A DNA stretch of 64,000 nucleotides from an uncultured Methanosarcinales archaeon (GTDB lineage Archaea > Nanobdellota > Nanobdellia > Woesearchaeales > JAGVZT01): positions 16,096 through 80,095 of the forward strand of contig CAYQPU010000002.1 in assembly GCA_964419615.1 (NCBI GenBank), in the 5' to 3' direction. Position numbers and translations under genes: made by a program. Shown piece by piece: positions 18,932 through 29,049 of this stretch (its first letter is position 1; each line of letters opens with the position of its first letter). The notes under the pieces are model-generated. The model saw only the letters and a program-made list of their open reading frames with translations, ran no database searches and was not told where the DNA came from.

Positions 18932-20530
18932 ATGCCAAAAAGAGTGAAATGGATAGTTATAAGTGGGGGTGTGCTTTCTGGCCTGGGAAAAGGGATTGTC
19001 ACAGCTTCAATTGGCAGAATTCTACAGCAAAACTATAAAGTGATCCCTGTAAAATGTGATGGTTATCTGAATGTGGATCCAGGCACAATGAACCCCTGTG
19101 AGCATGGGGAAGTCTTTGTTCTAGATGATGGTGGAGAAGTTGATATGGATTTTGGGCATTATGAGCGATTCATGAATATCAACTGCAAATTTGGTTGGAA
19201 TCTGACCTCAGGGAAAATATTTCGTTCTGTCATAGAAAAAGAGAGGAGAGGAGAATATCTGGGCCAAACAGTACAAATTGTACCACATGTGATAAATGAG
19301 ATCAAGTTAAAACTAAAAAAAATAGCTGAATCTGAAAAAGCTGATATAATGCTCCTTGAAATAGGAGGAACTGTAGGAGACATTGAGAATATGATATTTT
19401 ATGAGGCAGCGCGTCAATTAAAATTAGAATATGGTCAAAAAAATGTTCTAAACATCCATTTAACCTATGTTCCTGAACTAAATTCTGTTGGAGAGCAAAA
19501 AACAAAGCCCACGCAACAAAGTACTGATCTGTTGCAACAGGCAGGAATCCAACCCGATATAATAATTGGTAGATCTAATGTGCCACTTTCAAAACAATCA
19601 AAAGCAAAAATTGGTATGTTCTGCAATTTAAAACTTGAGGAGGTAATTAGTAATCCTGATGTGAACAGTGTTTATGAATTGCCCTTAATATTTGAAAAAG
19701 AGGATTTAACTAAAATAATTTCACATAAAACAGATTTGGATTTGAAACAGCTCAAAACCTGGAGAACACTTGTTAATAACATGAACACTACAAAAAAACA
19801 AGTTAACATATTAATCTGTGGTAAATACACTCAACTTCATGATTCTTATGTAAGTATTTTGGAAGCTCTAACTCATTCCGGAGCTCAACTTGGGGTTAAG
19901 GTAAACACAGACTGGATAGAAACAACTGATCTTGAAAATAAAGACTTTGATTTAAATCAAATCTCGCAAGCTGATGGAGTTATCATCCCCGGCGGCTTTG
20001 GAACCAGAGGCGCAGAAGGAAAAATAAAAGTAATCCAGGAGTTAAGAGAAAAAAACATTCCTTTCTTAGGACTTTGCTATGGTCTGCAATTAGCTGTTGT
20101 TGAATATGCAAGAAATATATGTGGCCTTGAAAATGCAAATTCAATTGAAGTAGATCCAGACACAGATCATCCTGTTGTTTATATCCTACCTGGCCAAGAA
20201 TTAATTAATCAAAAAGGAGGAACATTAAGATTGGGTGCTTTCCCAGCCAAAACAAAAAAAGGTTCAATGGTAAGTAAATTGTACAAAGCAGGGCTGGTTT
20301 ATGAAAGACACAGACACAGATATGAAGTAAATCCACTATATCATCAATTATTGCAAAGTAATGGAATGATTTTCTCGGGTATGAGTCCAGACAATAAATT
20401 GGTGGAACTAATTGAGCTTCCAGATCACAAATTCTTTATTGGAACTCAAGCACATCCTGAGTTAAAATCCAGGCTTGAAAGGCCTAGTCCTTTGTTCACC
20501 GGCTTCTTAAAGGCTTGTGTTGATAAGTGA
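18932..20530 (+). CDS. pyrG: CTP synthase
   Basis: GGVLSGLGKG, DGGEVDMDFGHYERF, GLCYGLQ, RHRHRYE, QAHPE. Confidence 0.97.
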   Translation: MPKRVKWIVISGGVLSGLGKGIVTASIGRILQQNYKVIPVKCDGYLNVDPGTMNPCEHGEVFVLDDGGEVDMDFGHYERFMNINCKFGWNLTSGKIFRSVIEKERRGEYLGQTVQIVPHVINEIKLKLKKIAESEKADIMLLEIGGTVGDIENMIFYEAARQLKLEYGQKNVLNIHLTYVPELNSVGEQKTKPTQQSTDLLQQAGIQPDIIIGRSNVPLSKQSKAKIGMFCNLKLEEVISNPDVNSVYELPLIFEKEDLTKIISHKTDLDLKQLKTWRTLVNNMNTTKKQVNILICGKYTQLHDSYVSILEALTHSGAQLGVKVNTDWIETTDLENKDFDLNQISQADGVIIPGGFGTRGAEGKIKVIQELREKNIPFLGLCYGLQLAVVEYARNICGLENANSIEVDPDTDHPVVYILPGQELINQKGGTLRLGAFPAKTKKGSMVSKLYKAGLVYERHRHRYEVNPLYHQLLQSNGMIFSGMSPDNKLVELIELPDHKFFIGTQAHPELKSRLERPSPLFTGFLKACVDK

Positions 20531-20539
20531 ATTATGTAA

Positions 20540-21562
20540 TTGTCCGAAACCTTTATATACTTCTCACTACTTTTTAATAGTAAGGGGTTGGAAACAATAG
20601 CAAAACTAAGAGAATTTGAAAGGGCAGTAAAAAAATCATTTTCAAATGTACGGGCAGATATTCTAACTATAAAAGATTACTTAGAAAAGCAGCATGATCT
20701 TATTAATCAAGACATTTCTGAATTACAATCTCAAATCTTTGAAATGCAAAGGCTTGTAAGTAAAACAAACGCAGAACTTGAAAACAAATACTATGAAAAG
20801 TCCGCTGCTAAGAAAGGAACAAAATCAAGATCAAGAATTCACAAACAACTTAGAACTCAAATTGACTCACTAAATAGTCAACTAAGTGATCTAAATAAAA
20901 AGGTTAAAAATATTGAAAACAAAAAGGTTTCTGAGTCAAAACTAAATAAAACGTTATCCAAAGTTAAGAGAAGCATAACAGCCTTAGAATCTGATATCGA
21001 AAGTAATTATGTTGAAATCTCTAAAAATATTAAATCATACAAAAGAAGTCTTTCAAAAAAAACAGTTAAAAAAACCAAATCAAAAAAGCAGAAGGGGCCA
21101 GGTTTGTTTGTCACACTATTTTCAAAAAGAACTCCTAAACCAGTAAAAAAGAGAAAAGCAAAACCCAAAAGAAAATCAAAAAAGAAAAAGAAAAAAAACA
21201 TACAGGTAATACCAATATTAATCATATTCTTTGCAGTAATCTTATTGGGAGTTGGAATCTGGTATATCTATAATAATTCGCCAATAATTCCACCTGCTTT
21301 CGAAAATGAAACTGGAACACAATTACCTACTGATATGACAATTCTAGAAGTGTATGAAACAGACTTTGTTAACATTATGCCAAACATGTCTGACCCAGAT
21401 CAAGACAAACTCACATACATATTTGGCTATCCATTAAATAAGTCTGGGCAATGGCAAACACAAAAAGGAGATGCTGGACAGTATTCGATAGTAATCTCAG
21501 TATCTGATGGACAGAGCACAACTGAGATGGAATTTTTATTAATCGTGCTTCCAAAACAATAA
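20540..21562 (+). CDS. Coiled-coil / Lys-rich / single-TM protein with a C-terminal Ig-like beta domain
   Basis: Heptad-rich N-terminus, basic stretch, TM, DPDQDKLTY...YSIVISVSDG. Confidence 0.6.
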   Translation: MSETFIYFSLLFNSKGLETIAKLREFERAVKKSFSNVRADILTIKDYLEKQHDLINQDISELQSQIFEMQRLVSKTNAELENKYYEKSAAKKGTKSRSRIHKQLRTQIDSLNSQLSDLNKKVKNIENKKVSESKLNKTLSKVKRSITALESDIESNYVEISKNIKSYKRSLSKKTVKKTKSKKQKGPGLFVTLFSKRTPKPVKKRKAKPKRKSKKKKKKNIQVIPILIIFFAVILLGVGIWYIYNNSPIIPPAFENETGTQLPTDMTILEVYETDFVNIMPNMSDPDQDKLTYIFGYPLNKSGQWQTQKGDAGQYSIVISVSDGQSTTEMEFLLIVLPKQ

Positions 21563-21587
21563 TTACTCAAAAATAGAATTTCTAATC

Positions 21588-22799
21588 TCAGAATAAAATA
21601 ATATTTCTTTTAATACACTCTTGCTCAATATTATTTTTAATTTTATCAATATTAGGAACTTTTACCTGTTTTTTACTTTGTAAAGAGTCGATTTTCTCCT
21701 TAATATGCTCTAACCTATATTCAAGCTCCTTTAAAGACAAATTTGCCCCATCAGATTTAATAGACCTATTCAAACCTTCGTATTCCTCATTTTTAACCTT
21801 AAAATCCCTGCTCAAATCACTCAAGTAACCAATGGAGAACTTATCAATAATTTGAATGCTTTTCTGAGCAATGCTTTCCTTAACCTCCACTTTTTTATCA
21901 ACAATCTGCTCTTTCAAATTCTGCAAAACATCAAAAATCTCTAACTGCTTATCCTTTAACAATGTTTCAAAAGGTCCTTGCAGATAAAGTTCTATTAATG
22001 CATGATCAAGACTCATCTTAGAATATTTTTTTAAAGGTCTCTGCAACACAGAAAAATCACTCACAACCTGATTTTTAATATTCTTTAATTTTTCTTCCAT
22101 AGAATTTTTTTCTTCAAGTTTTGATAAATATTCCTTGTAAACGCTGCTGTTTTTATGAGACTTTAATTTTGACTCAATCTTTTTTAATTGTTTATTCAGT
22201 TTTTCATTCTCATCCTTAATTGCTGTGAAAACTTGGGCAGACTTCTTCTTTTGGCTTTTTGCATTCTCAAATTCCAAAACCAAATTTTTCAGCCTCATTA
22301 GCCTCTCTTTTTCAGGAGAACCAACCATAATTCTTTTGTGTAATTCATCAATAGTTCTTACATTATCAGCCACTTTACTCACTTCATTTGCAAAAAACTC
22401 TTTTAGCACATAAAATGCCCTGGCAGTGGACTGACTATATGATTTTAGCTCTTCATCATATGTATCAAAACTAACTTCAATCTTTGAGAGATAATCTCTT
22501 GTCTTCTGAACATATGAATCCCTATTTCCCTGCATAATTTGAATAGTTCTTTGATTGATATCTGGATTATGTAATTTAGCTTTTTCCAGGGTATCAACAT
22601 TCTTGTATGCATTCTTTATAATTACCAAAATTTTTTCACGTAACTTATGTTTCATCCCACCTAATTTGTCATTTATCTTCTCCTCTTCAGAATTAATCCA
22701 AGCTTCTAATTCCGAATACTTGATTTTTTTCTTAAGAAACGATATCATCATAAACCACCACAGTTTTCCTTTTACTCTTAAAGCCCTTAATAATCTCAA
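21588..22799 (-). CDS. Coiled-coil hypothetical protein (true start probably at MMISFLKK)
   Basis: 403-aa ORF rich in K/E/L; its 5' end overlaps the DUF167 gene. Confidence 0.6.
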   Translation of the reverse strand: MRLLRALRVKGKLWWFMMISFLKKKIKYSELEAWINSEEEKINDKLGGMKHKLREKILVIIKNAYKNVDTLEKAKLHNPDINQRTIQIMQGNRDSYVQKTRDYLSKIEVSFDTYDEELKSYSQSTARAFYVLKEFFANEVSKVADNVRTIDELHKRIMVGSPEKERLMRLKNLVLEFENAKSQKKKSAQVFTAIKDENEKLNKQLKKIESKLKSHKNSSVYKEYLSKLEEKNSMEEKLKNIKNQVVSDFSVLQRPLKKYSKMSLDHALIELYLQGPFETLLKDKQLEIFDVLQNLKEQIVDKKVEVKESIAQKSIQIIDKFSIGYLSDLSRDFKVKNEEYEGLNRSIKSDGANLSLKELEYRLEHIKEKIDSLQSKKQVKVPNIDKIKNNIEQECIKRNIILF

Positions 22800-22956
22800 C
22801 TGGCTTTTTAAAATAATCAGTCAATAAAATCACCAATTCCTGATTTGCTTTTCCCTTGATTGGCGCTGCCTTTAATTTCACCACAAGTAATTCCTCTTTG
22901 TAACCCAAAACCTCGCTCTGCCTGGATTTTGGCTTAACAAGTATTTTTACTCTCAC
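22732..22956 (-). CDS. DUF167 (UPF0235/YggU) family protein
   Basis: VKPKSRQSEV...VKLKAAPIKGKANQEL...IIKGFKSKRK. Confidence 0.85.
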   Translation of the reverse strand: MRVKILVKPKSRQSEVLGYKEELLVVKLKAAPIKGKANQELVILLTDYFKKPVEIIKGFKSKRKTVVVYDDIVS

Positions 22957-23009
22957 GATAATATAATATTAACACAAATTTTAAATAATTTGTCTTAAAA
23001 TGAGGGGTT

Positions 23010-23609
23010 ATGGGAGATTACACTCAATCTACAGAGTATAGTGGCGCAGCTGCAGCCCTCTTAATAGTCATTAATCAGTTAAAGCCAAGCCATAAACTAA
23101 CAAAACTAAATGAATTCAAAATATGGCTTTACTCTGTTAATTTACCCACTAGAGCATGTTCAATCTATGGTCTAGCAAGCTACGCACTAACAAAAGGAGT
23201 GAAGTGTAGTATAATGGTAGGTAAGCAAGAGTACGATTTTCCAGATTATAGATTCAAAGGTTATAAAAAAGATGATATTGAAATAGCCAAGTATACTGAA
23301 GACATACATCTACACAAATTCAAGGAATTGGGTGGAATCCTAGAGGAAAAAGCCATCACAATAGCTAAAGTCAAACAGATGCTTAAATCTAATAGGATAC
23401 TAATCCTTAGAACTGATGCTGGTTCATTCAGAGACCTTAGACCCTCCTCAAATTACATTGTTGTTACTGGGTTTAGGAATAAGAGTTTTGAGATTCATGA
23501 TCCATACCAAGGCAAAATAAACTTACGTGAGACTCAGATAGTGCAGTGTTTTGAAGATTTGGTAGTCAAGAGAAAAAGAGACCCTAGAATGATAATATTC
23601 TCAAAATAA
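23010..23609 (+). CDS. Peptidase C39-like family protein
   Basis: YTQSTEYSGAAAALL N-terminal motif; YIVVTG...IHDPY; the usual catalytic Cys is not evident here (SG instead of SC). Confidence 0.55.
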   Translation: MGDYTQSTEYSGAAAALLIVINQLKPSHKLTKLNEFKIWLYSVNLPTRACSIYGLASYALTKGVKCSIMVGKQEYDFPDYRFKGYKKDDIEIAKYTEDIHLHKFKELGGILEEKAITIAKVKQMLKSNRILILRTDAGSFRDLRPSSNYIVVTGFRNKSFEIHDPYQGKINLRETQIVQCFEDLVVKRKRDPRMIIFSK

Positions 23610-23622
23610 TATTCGCTCTATT

Positions 23623-24948
23623 CTAAAGATGCTGAGTTTTTCGTTTGGAATACTGAACCGGATTTTTAATCCTCTTGCATAAATTATCAGGCTTGCAAAT
23701 TCGTATATCTGCATAATAAGACAAATTTTGACAATTAGGGGGGAGTATTGCTTGTTTTCTATGCTTTCTATATTTGATCTGACCTTCCAAAATAGTTGGT
23801 TTTAATGGCTCTTCATTTTTTTTATTCCAAGCCCTGGCTCTTTGTTCAATTTGCTCAAAACTCCAGCCACAACTCTTTAGAAAATTCATCATACAAAACA
23901 AAAACCTTTTTCTCCCATCTTTTAAGCCCTTCATACCCAAACACATACAAGGAGGAAAAAACTTCTCAGGAATAGCGATTTCAGGAATCTCAACAACTTT
24001 TTCTTCCTTTGGTTTAACATAATGCTTAACTTGATAATCAAATGCTTGCACTATCAATTGTCTGGCTTCTCCTTGCATTAAAGTTGAATCATTTAAAAAT
24101 TTGAATTCTCCAACTTTCACATTCTCAGGCTTAGCCATCTCCTTTGAAAAATCTGCCACTTTATTTGGATCAATTGGAATTGATACCAATCTTGATTTTT
24201 CATGTAAAGAATATGGCATTCGATAAAGATGCCTGCTTGAAATAAGTACAGTATCAATCTCTAAAAAAGCATCAACATTAAGTTTTTTTATCCTTAATCC
24301 AGACTTTGTTTTTGACAAAGCTGTAACCTTTCCTGGATCAAGATTAACTCTCTGTGCAATCTTGTCTAAATCATTACATTCAAAGTCCATAATCTTTTTT
24401 TCAAGCTCAGGTTGAATCATATCTCGAAGATAAAGGGCAATTGCCCTTGCTCCATCGGGAAACAAAGTTTTGGTTTTCCTTCCTGTAACCTCCTCAGGGA
24501 ATGCATTAAATGGAACTCCTAAATGAAATCCCTTATTTCCTGAGAACTTACAACTAACAGACTTAATATTATAATATTGTAGTGCTTTAACAAGCAATTC
24601 AGCTGCAAATTTGGAATAGTCAACCGAAGCACAATCAATATCCAAAACAAGGTCCCACCCTGCTCTTTGTTCCTCTAATTGCTTCCTACTAAGTGAAACA
24701 TCCAACTGTAAAGGATTATTCCATATCTCTTCAGATGCATGAAATGAAGTTGCTCCCTGCTTTGCAGCTTCAAAAACATCTAAGGGATACTGCAGAATAT
24801 CCGGTCTTTTTCCAAAACCCCTATCTCCGTATCTTGTGGCTATTTCCTTGCCCTTTGCAGCTTCACAAATAGCATCCTGAATGTCCTTTCTTTTATAATG
24901 TTTAATTGCAGTGCTAATTAAAAGCATGCTCTGGCTAAAGATTCTCAC
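23623..24948 (-). CDS. Fused archaeal DNA primase (PriS catalytic domain + PriL C-terminal Fe-S domain)
   Basis: DLVLDID, FSGNKGFH and RMPYSLH (PriS) followed by PPC...PPNC...ICKPDNLC (PriL). Confidence 0.88.
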   Translation of the reverse strand: MRIFSQSMLLISTAIKHYKRKDIQDAICEAAKGKEIATRYGDRGFGKRPDILQYPLDVFEAAKQGATSFHASEEIWNNPLQLDVSLSRKQLEEQRAGWDLVLDIDCASVDYSKFAAELLVKALQYYNIKSVSCKFSGNKGFHLGVPFNAFPEEVTGRKTKTLFPDGARAIALYLRDMIQPELEKKIMDFECNDLDKIAQRVNLDPGKVTALSKTKSGLRIKKLNVDAFLEIDTVLISSRHLYRMPYSLHEKSRLVSIPIDPNKVADFSKEMAKPENVKVGEFKFLNDSTLMQGEARQLIVQAFDYQVKHYVKPKEEKVVEIPEIAIPEKFFPPCMCLGMKGLKDGRKRFLFCMMNFLKSCGWSFEQIEQRARAWNKKNEEPLKPTILEGQIKYRKHRKQAILPPNCQNLSYYADIRICKPDNLCKRIKNPVQYSKRKTQHL

Positions 24949-25040
24949 ATTTAATAGTTTTTGGGTTAAAAATAAAAATACAATGCAAATTATCCTGATA
25001 AATAAAACACTATTTAAACTTTAAAAACAATTACACAAAA

Positions 25041-25373
25041 ATGGATGATTTCAAAGATTTACAAGATTGGGCAAATAAACTAGCAATGAGCAAATTATTA
25101 GTTATTGTAGAAGGTAAAAATGACATTAAGGCTTTAAACAAATTAGGGGTAACAAACATTAGAGAACTAAAAAAACCACTATATGCTGAAGTAGAATCAA
25201 TAGCAAGCCTTGCAATAAGGGTGGTAATTCTAACTGATTGTGACAAAGAAGGTAAGAAACTGTATGGCAAACTAAAAAAAGACTTGAATAAACTCGGAGT
25301 AAAAATTGATGGCCAATATAGAGAATTTTTGTTAAAGTCTGGTTACAGTCACATTGAAGGACTAAAATCATAA
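25041..25373 (+). CDS. Small Toprim-domain protein
   Basis: IVEGKND and ILTDCDKEG Toprim motifs. Confidence 0.85.
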   Translation: MDDFKDLQDWANKLAMSKLLVIVEGKNDIKALNKLGVTNIRELKKPLYAEVESIASLAIRVVILTDCDKEGKKLYGKLKKDLNKLGVKIDGQYREFLLKSGYSHIEGLKS

Positions 25374-25418
25374 ATTATATAAACTACATATTTATAAATA
25401 GCTTAAAAGAGGGGAAAT

Positions 25419-28400
25419 ATGCGTTTGAATAAATACTTATTAATAGCATTAATTCTACTTATACTAACTTACACAGCCTATGCAGATACAGTATGTTGCC
25501 AATATGATGTACCAGGCGGAGGTACAAGCTGGGTTTCAGCAGATTGTGCGGACAGCAGTTGCTCATATGATTTAACATGCAGTGTGGAAGGGGATTATTC
25601 ATTCCAAGTATATAATGTTGAAGCAGCACAAGCACAGGCAACAACACCTGCCTCATGTAATTGCATATCATCCAACATCGGAGGAGGATATGGCTGCTGC
25701 CAGCCAGGTGGAGGTACTGATTGTGTTGATGCAGGTGGATCATGTCAAAGTGCAGGAGCCTGTAGTGGGACTTACTTATGTGGAGGACAAGGAGGATCAA
25801 CACCTAATGATTGGGAAGATTGCTCAAACACACCTGCAACAGATACAGATGCAGGTGACACTCCAGGAACAGCTGGGACATGCTCAGTTTACTCATCTTG
25901 TTCTGGTGGAGCATGTACAAGTTCAGACTATGCAGATACTTGTGGTTCAACAACTAGCTTAACCGAATATTATAATAGTGCTAATACCTGCTTGTCTAGA
26001 TCATACCTTTGTGTAGATTTTGAACAAGTAGCAACAGGAGGAACATCAAATGATCCATCAACAACTTCAACTTGTATAGGTGGTGTTTCAGCAGAGTGCT
26101 CATCAAACACTTTTTCAACCATTAATCAGGTGAATAACACAGATTTTTGTGTTGATCCTTCTGACTGTTATTTTAATGGAGGTGCAGGTGGGGGAAATTG
26201 TGATTTCAGGGAATATTATTCAGAAGATTCAGCTGATGCCTGCACGGGAATTGATGCTTGCACAGGAACGCAAGATTATGATCCAGACACTAATTCTAAT
26301 ACTTGTAATGAATGTGTTGGTGCAACTAAATGGGCATTAAATGGTGAAGTAGCTCAATTAGATTGCTGTGGTGATGACTCGGGGGAAAACTATCTTTATT
26401 ATGAACAATATTCAGCAGATGGTTGTAATGATATCACAAATGAAGACTGCGTTGGTTTAGATGATGATGGTACTGACAATAGTTGTTGTGATACTTCAAC
26501 AGATTGTGTTTTGGGAAATTCCTGTTATAATGCAGGATTTGGTCCAGTTGACTTGGATGGGGACGGAGTTGATGGTGAATTTTGCAGATCAGGTGGAAAC
26601 ACCTGGCAAGACTGTGATGCAAGTGAAGGATTCTGTACTAGTTCCAGTTGTGGCTCAAAAACCTGGATTACAGGAGGAGAATCGTCTCAATTTGGGGAAT
26701 ATGACTCTGGTTCTGAAACAGAATGTTGTGAAGATGATTCAGGAGAGTATTTTCTTGAAAATTTAAATGTTTCAACACAAGCATGTTGTGGGGAATCAAA
26801 CAATTGTGTTGATAATGCAAGCCAATGTATTAATGATGGTCAACCAGGATTTTTAATATCTGATGGTGGGAGAGATCAAATAGCTGTGTGTAATGGTGGG
26901 ACTCCTCCAACATATGAAGAATGTGATGATTCTGAATCTTTATGTAATGTATGTGCGGGTGTAGGCTCAACCACTTGGTCAACTGCAGGTGAAACTTGTG
27001 GTGAATATGGAAGTTCAGCAGATGGAGGAGATGGCATAACAGAATGTTGTGGTGATGATGCTATTGAATTTTATGTCACAACAGGTGTTGGGTCTGGAAG
27101 TTGCTGTGATGCAGCATCAGATTGTGTAGATTCTAACAATACATGTTTCACTGGAACTGAAATTTGCCAGGCTCCAACAAATCCTGCTCTATATGCAGAT
27201 GAGGACTGTGACGGAGAAACAGATTATGATAGTCAAGACGGATATATTGGTGATGCAAGCTGCCCAGTACAAATAATAAACATAGACCTTAATGAAACAA
27301 TAGCTCGGATTGGATCGCAATTTGAAGTTAATTGCACTGTAACTCCGGCTGGAGTAAACTCTGTGGATGTTCAAGTATCAAATGGTTCATGTAATTGGAG
27401 AAGTTGGGACTTATCAGCAGGAATTGCCACATTTGATTGTGTTCACACTTCATGCAGTGCAAGTACATCTGTGACTTGTACAGTCAACGCATCAAGAAGT
27501 ACTCAAACAGGAATTGATCAAGCTGATGCAATAACTATATGCTCCTTAGATGGAGGAGATTGCCTAGGTTGTCCTTGCTGTGTAGACTTTGCATGTGATG
27601 ATGACTATAACAAATGTGTCAGTTGTAGAGTGGATAGTGTTCAAGATAGACCACCTATTTTTTATGGAGGCGGATTATGTGAAGATGCCTCACCATTAGT
27701 TGATTGCTATGCTAATTCATCTTGTGATGAGCTTGACACATTAGAATGTATTGACATAAGTACAATTTGTAATAATACCTGTCAGCCAGCAAACAGGGAT
27801 CTATCTGAAGAATTTTGCATTGATAACACTGGCTGCGTGCAGTTGAACTGGAATTTAACTGGAGAAAAAGCAGCGCATGGAGAATATGAAGGTTCTCAAC
27901 CAACACCTGAATGCTGTGGGGATGATGCAGGTGAAACATTTAGATACAGAGAAATTGCAAGCTACTCTGGTTCAAATCAAGTGGTAGATTCATATAGTAT
28001 TTCAACTGATATAAAAGATTCGGCATGTTGCAATGATGTAACAGATTGTGTTTTTGAAGGAGTTTGCTATAGAGACTTTGATGAAGTCTATACAATCAAC
28101 ATAGGTTCAGCTGAAAAATCAACCTGTGAAGGATTAAGCAAACATGATTGTAGAAAAATAGAATCCTGCTTTTGGAGAAATGATGCATGCGTTTACAATG
28201 TAAGACTTGATTCCACATATGGTACAATTGTATACAATGATGTAAATAAAGATGGATATGACGAAGTATGTGATCCTGGTGAATGGATGGTTGGAGATCT
28301 TAATTCATCATTTTACGGATTTGTATACAATGTTACACTTGGCGGGATTCAAGGAGCAACAGTGCAGATATCAGGTGTATCTGAATTATCTAATGCAACA

Positions 28401-28880
28401 TATCACTTCAATGGTACCACAGATATAAACGGCTATTATGATATTGAAGTATTTGGAAACGGAACTTATGATATAATTGTAACAAAATCATTATTTGGTA
28501 CTGATACAGAAATCAACAGATATATTGGAATGTTTGACGACATAGAAATAAACTTTACATTAATGGATGCACATGAACAATGCGAACCGGATTGTACATA
28601 TCAAGGAGATAGCATATGTCACACTGATTGCAATTCTAAATTGGGGTGCAGCTTTTTTGATAACAATACATTATCACTATGTGCAGGAAAACAAAGTGGA
28701 TGGACAGTTGATTACAATGGCAGCCATGCAGTAGATTGTTGTGAAAGTCAACCATATGAAAGTAAAGAACTTAAAATAATTGATACAGACACAACACTCA
28801 TCTCAGATCTTGTGAGATTAGTAAGAGTTGTATTCTTTAAAGGTAAGCCAGTAAAGATGGTAATAGATGTGTTTAGGTAG
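25419..28880 (+). CDS. Large secreted Cys/Asp/Gly-rich surface protein with four CC(G/E)DD repeats and a carboxypeptidase-regulatory-like domain
   Basis: Signal peptide; repeats W...CC(G/E)DDxxE...CC...(D/N)CV; IQGATV...TTDINGYYDI beta-sandwich. Confidence 0.8.
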   Translation: MRLNKYLLIALILLILTYTAYADTVCCQYDVPGGGTSWVSADCADSSCSYDLTCSVEGDYSFQVYNVEAAQAQATTPASCNCISSNIGGGYGCCQPGGGTDCVDAGGSCQSAGACSGTYLCGGQGGSTPNDWEDCSNTPATDTDAGDTPGTAGTCSVYSSCSGGACTSSDYADTCGSTTSLTEYYNSANTCLSRSYLCVDFEQVATGGTSNDPSTTSTCIGGVSAECSSNTFSTINQVNNTDFCVDPSDCYFNGGAGGGNCDFREYYSEDSADACTGIDACTGTQDYDPDTNSNTCNECVGATKWALNGEVAQLDCCGDDSGENYLYYEQYSADGCNDITNEDCVGLDDDGTDNSCCDTSTDCVLGNSCYNAGFGPVDLDGDGVDGEFCRSGGNTWQDCDASEGFCTSSSCGSKTWITGGESSQFGEYDSGSETECCEDDSGEYFLENLNVSTQACCGESNNCVDNASQCINDGQPGFLISDGGRDQIAVCNGGTPPTYEECDDSESLCNVCAGVGSTTWSTAGETCGEYGSSADGGDGITECCGDDAIEFYVTTGVGSGSCCDAASDCVDSNNTCFTGTEICQAPTNPALYADEDCDGETDYDSQDGYIGDASCPVQIINIDLNETIARIGSQFEVNCTVTPAGVNSVDVQVSNGSCNWRSWDLSAGIATFDCVHTSCSASTSVTCTVNASRSTQTGIDQADAITICSLDGGDCLGCPCCVDFACDDDYNKCVSCRVDSVQDRPPIFYGGGLCEDASPLVDCYANSSCDELDTLECIDISTICNNTCQPANRDLSEEFCIDNTGCVQLNWNLTGEKAAHGEYEGSQPTPECCGDDAGETFRYREIASYSGSNQVVDSYSISTDIKDSACCNDVTDCVFEGVCYRDFDEVYTINIGSAEKSTCEGLSKHDCRKIESCFWRNDACVYNVRLDSTYGTIVYNDVNKDGYDEVCDPGEWMVGDLNSSFYGFVYNVTLGGIQGATVQISGVSELSNATYHFNGTTDINGYYDIEVFGNGTYDIIVTKSLFGTDTEINRYIGMFDDIEINFTLMDAHEQCEPDCTYQGDSICHTDCNSKLGCSFFDNNTLSLCAGKQSGWTVDYNGSHAVDCCESQPYESKELKIIDTDTTLISDLVRLVRVVFFKGKPVKMVIDVFR

Positions 28881-28899
28881 CTGATTCTTTCTGTGTTAA

Positions 28900-29049
28900 A
28901 TTAGTTACACCTTAGCCATCTGTGTGAGTGAGACCTAAATCATTACCAAAGTCAAAATGGAACAGTTAGTCAATATTCTAGCCAAATCAGGTAACTAACT
29001 CATAAAACAAATAACAAACTGGCTCACGAACTGGCTTGGTGTAACTAAT
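28900..29049 (+). ncRNA. Candidate structured RNA motif, copy 1
   Basis: 12-bp closing stem ATTAGTTACACC/GGTGTAACTAAT; conserved TGTGAGTGAGAC, GGAACAGTT and TAACAAACTGGCTCA blocks shared with 49487-49626. Confidence 0.6.

Noticed and set aside
25459-27939. Several short overlapping ORFs within the Cys-rich surface gene
   Set aside because: Off-frame or antisense by-products of the long coding sequence.
28900-29049. Integron attC site, RNase P RNA fragment, T-box or yybP-ykoY riboswitch
   Set aside because: TAACAAAC..CTCA resembles attC starts but the GTT/AAC order is inverted and no integrase is present; there is no GAGGAAAGTCC (RNase P CR-I) or TGGNACC (T-box); the GAGACC and CAATA blocks are in the wrong order for yybP.
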